Shown here in pieces: positions 59,603 to 64,000 of a stretch of DNA of 64,000 bases (position 1 is the first letter of the stretch; each line of letters opens with the position of its first letter). The notes under the pieces are model-generated. The model did no database searches, had not been told where the DNA came from, and saw only the letters and a list, made by a program, of their open reading frames with translations. The DNA comes from Eledone cirrhosa (taxonomy: Eukaryota). The position numbers were made by a program, and so were the translations under genes. The stretch lies in contig OZ024760.1 in assembly GCA_964016885.1 (NCBI GenBank), forward strand, positions 24,552,001-24,616,000, written 5' to 3'.

Positions 59603-60053
59603 GATTTCATTTATTAGCCACAAGGGCCGACATGTAGGGGACAATACAAAGACAGGGACAGTGGGGGTTTACAATAAGGTCGAGTAAAAGTGCACAATGG
59701 CAAGACTAATTTAACAATGAAAATATAAAATATAAAATAAACTATGCAAAATATAACAAAATAAATAATAATAATAATAAGAAGAAGAAAGACAAGAACA
59801 ATAATAATAAGAAGAAGAAGAAAGACAAGAACAAGAATAAGTAGAAGAAGAAAAAGGAGAAAGATAAGACCAAGAAGTAGAAGAAGTCCGTTTATATTCA
59901 GATAATGTCCGCTTGATAAATGATTTTCTAGTTAGATTATCTAATATGGTTTCGGTATAATTGAAAATCAACGACTGTACATGTTTCTAGAACTTTAGAA
60001 ACTCATCGCTGCGTACATATGGACGGCGGATATGTTGAAAATGTAGCTATATA

Positions 60054-60698
60054 TCTATATATATAAAACTGAGGATATCTGTCTGTGTATGTGTCTGTGA
60101 GTTTGAATCCCTAAAACTCGAGAAGTACCCAACCGATTTTTTTCAAACTTTACATGTGTATTACTTATGTTTCAGGGAGTGTTATCCACATAAAGGAATT
60201 CCACCTGTTGATCCCCTACGGCCAGCATTAGGTGAAAAACTGCGTTTTTTTACAGTTTTTAGGGGTTTTTTGAGGCGTTACGTCAGACCGATTTCCTTGA
60301 AATTGTAACTATGTATTAGTCAGTCTCTTCTTCATAGCGTGACCAAAGAAAATCCAACTTTTTTATGGCCTAGGGCCTGCATTAGGTGAAAAAATTCATT
60401 TTCTGAGCTTTTTAGGGCTTTTTTAAGGCGTTACGTCTAGCCGATTTTCCCGAAGGGTTCAAGGTATATTAGGCACATAAAAAAAATTCATTTTCTTGAC
60501 CCCTAGGGTCCGCATTAGGTAAACACCTGCATTTTTCCTGCTTCATCGAGGAAAATCTTAAAGATTATCCAGAAATCAGAGTATTCGGTTTATTTTCTTT
60601 ACATATTGTCCAGGCATGCAGTTTTTCCACGATTAGGTCTGTTGGCGGCCCGCGTTCCAAAATACCTTATCCCGTGCAACGCCGGGTACAACTGCTAG
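60054..60698 (+). mobile_element. Non-autonomous Helitron
   Basis: 5' TCTATATATATAAAACTG, 3' CCCGTGCAACGCCGGG-TACAACTGCTAG. Internal tandem sub-repeats (GCATTAGGT). Confidence 0.8.
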
Positions 60699-60699
60699 C

Positions 60700-61180
60700 A
60701 TATAATATATGCCTACGTTGCTATGTGTGTATATGTGTATGTGTATGTGTGTATATGTGTATGTGTATGTATGCGTATGTGTGTATGTGTATGTGTATGT
60801 GTGTGTGTGTGTGTATGTGTATGTGTACATGTGCGTGTATATGTATGTGTATGTATGCTATATATATATATATAATATATGCCTACGTTGCTATATATGT
60901 GTGTGTATATGTGTATGTGTATGTATATATGTGTGTATGTGTATGTGTATGTATGTGTGTGTGCGTATGTGTATGTATGTGTATGTGCGTATGTGTATGT
61001 ATGTGTGCATGTGTGTATGTGTGTATGTGTATATGTATGTATGTGTGTGTACGTATGTGTATGTGTATGTGTATGTGTGTATGTGTATGTGTGTATGTGT
61101 ATGTATGTGTATGTGTATATGTATGTATGTGTATGTGTGTATGTGTATATGTATGTATGTGTATGTGTACACGTATGTTA
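60700..61180. repeat. (TGTATG)n tract
   Basis: Directly visible. Confidence 0.9.
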
Positions 61181-61639
61181 GCTGTATGAAAAATACATCT
61201 ATTTTAAAACCTAGTAACGTATTTTACCTATAGTTTTCTCGTCAATCTTATTGTTTTATAAATTTAAATTTGAACAAGGATCTATTTAAAATATTTTACT
61301 TTTCTAATTATGTATTGTGGGTTTATACTTCTGACACGTAGTTGTGTGTGTTTTCGACTGTGTATGTGTGTGTATGTGTATGTGCAGTTGTGTCTACGTT
61401 AGTAAGAGCGCCTTCCTGTCTGTATATACAAAACAATGCGGGAATTTCGTATATGATAGATATACTCCCAATCAGTTTGTTCTTCCGCTCATATTTCATA
61501 TATTTCCTTTATCGTTTCTGCTACATTTCATATTTCCTAATATTAACGATTTATTTTGATTTCATTTGCATATATATTATGTCGTTTGTGTGTTATTTCG
61601 ACTTTTTCTTCATCTATGAACTACAGACACACATATAAA

Positions 61640-62094
<455 letters not shown>

Positions 62095-62105
62095 ATATGT
62101 ATATA

Positions 62106-62141
<36 letters not shown>

Positions 62142-62220
62142 TGTATATATGTATAAATATAATTTCAGCGAGATCGAATTTCGGCTGTGGTCGAAAACAA
62201 AGCGAAACGCAATATTCGAG

Positions 62221-62271
<51 letters not shown>

Positions 62272-62289
62272 CACACACGTGTTGGATCT

Positions 62290-62438
62290 CAGTCGGTTCC
62301 AATGACGAGTTTTTCAGTTGTTTGATCAACAAAATAACCTGCGCGTGAAAATAGCTAGCAAGTGGGTGAGTATTCCACATAAACGTGCACTCTAAATTTA
62401 ATTCTCAGGGAGATTCAGAGGAGTACAATGTGTGATAC
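62290..62438 (+). mobile_element. Ceph-domain-like SINE fragment
   Basis: CAGTTG..TGATCAAC..CCTGCGCGTGAAA..GCAAGTGGGTGAGTATTCCAC resembles the cephalopod SINE central domain (from recall). Confidence 0.5.
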
Positions 62439-62453
62439 ATCTATCTATCTATA

Positions 62454-62520
<67 letters not shown>

Positions 62521-62694
62521 CTGAAATGTCGGTAAACAACTAACATATACTCGAAATTATATATTTGACTATGTATATATGAGTATGCGTTTGCGTGCGC
62601 GGGCGCCTGTGTGTGTGTATAGATAAGTAAAATAAGGGATAAACAAATATAAAAAAGGTTCTTAATAAATTAGTAGAGTCTAAGCATCGTTATT

Positions 62695-62875
62695 CAATAT
62701 AGAAATTGCTCCTACAGGACTAGAAATGTTTCATTCGAAGGAAATCATCAGGATTTCCTCATGATTTCCTTCGATTGAAACAGTTCTAGTCCCGTAGGAG
62801 CAATTTCTATATTAAATGTTAAATATTTATTGCATTGAGTACTTTACTTCCTGTGGTTACCCCCGATTGAAACCG
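62695..62875 (+). mobile_element. Fold-back element, family F
   Basis: Inverted arms centred at ~62755. The minus arm has CTGATGA-TTTCCTTCGAAT-GAAAC..GTC. Homolog at 6326. Confidence 0.6.
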
Positions 62876-62942
62876 CCACACATACACACACACACATGTT
62901 AATATATATATGTAATTATACACATCATAATATGCGTATATT

Positions 62943-62993
<51 letters not shown>

Positions 62994-62997
<4 letters not shown>

Positions 62998-63188
62998 AAC
63001 GAGTAGGACCCCGAAGGCTGAGCTCAAGCCGTTTCGACGGCTAATTCTTTTTTTTTTTTTTTTTTTTAGTCCAGAATTAGCCGTCGAAACGGCTTGAGCT
63101 CAGCTGTCGGGGTCCTACTCGTTCTACCCTAAGTATTGAGTACTTTGGTGCGTTATGGTCCATCTGGTTCCTTACCACATTTCCTTCG

Positions 63189-63190
<2 letters not shown>
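62994..63190 (+). mobile_element. Fold-back element, family B (poly-T at apex)
   Basis: Same termini as 50752. A diverged copy follows at 63235-63353. Confidence 0.75.
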
Positions 63191-63234
<44 letters not shown>

Positions 63235-63368
63235 TACTTGGGTTAGTAGAGTGGGTATTACGAACAAATTCTGGCCGTTCCGACAGCTAGATCCCAACCA
63301 GATTTAGTTCTCCAAACGGTCGGAGCTCAGCCGTTGAGGTCTTGAATTTTTTCATATATATATATACT

Positions 63369-63406
<38 letters not shown>

Positions 63407-63428
63407 CTCACATATATATATATATATA

Positions 63429-63512
<84 letters not shown>

Positions 63513-63594
63513 TATTCATATGTATATAAATATATATATTTACACAAATACGTACATATATATATATATTCATGCATACCCCCCCACACACATC

Positions 63595-63659
<65 letters not shown>

Positions 63660-63765
63660 GTATACACATAAACACTTTCACCACATATATATTTATATGT
63701 ATATAAATATATATATTTACACAAATACGTACATATATATATATATTCATGCATACCCCCACCAC

Positions 63766-63830
<65 letters not shown>

Positions 63831-64000
63831 TATACACATAAACGCTTTCACCACTGCTTCTGACACAAACTCATATATATCAACCCAACATTATGCATGC
63901 ATACTCATGTACGTAAATAAATCTCAAGAGAAAAAATGGTTAGTCTTGAATCAATAAACATATTTCTTATAGAGAGGCAAACATAAATCCGAACCTAATT

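Overview
AT-rich, microsatellite-saturated eukaryotic intergenic or intronic DNA, most likely from an octopod cephalopod (judged from recalled Nin-, Meta-, V- and Ceph-domain SINE motifs; inference). I can support no host protein-coding gene. Nearly all listed ORFs are translations of (TA)n, (CA)n or trinucleotide repeats. The only real coding remnants are decayed transposons: one mariner, two R4/Dong-like REL LINEs and two RTE LINEs. Non-autonomous Helitrons, mariner- and piggyBac-type MITEs and SINE arrays are also present. The main hidden signal is roughly 20 type I hammerhead-ribozyme (HHR) motifs from about ten different short non-coding element families. These elements sit inside (TA)n tracts with their 3' ends abutting the TA repeat, and many have a fold-back (inverted) architecture like Penelope-like element (PLE) pLTRs. 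The best candidate for an undescribed system is a 591-bp head-to-tail array (33877-35594) with a diverged 586-bp relative (45030-45858). Each complete unit carries a non-canonical hammerhead: a U3-A8 core, a palindromic stem III, a branched stem II and a conserved putative pseudoknot. This looks like a retrozyme-type RNA replicon predicted to give ~590-nt monomers or circles. All RNA structures were paired by eye and none is tested.
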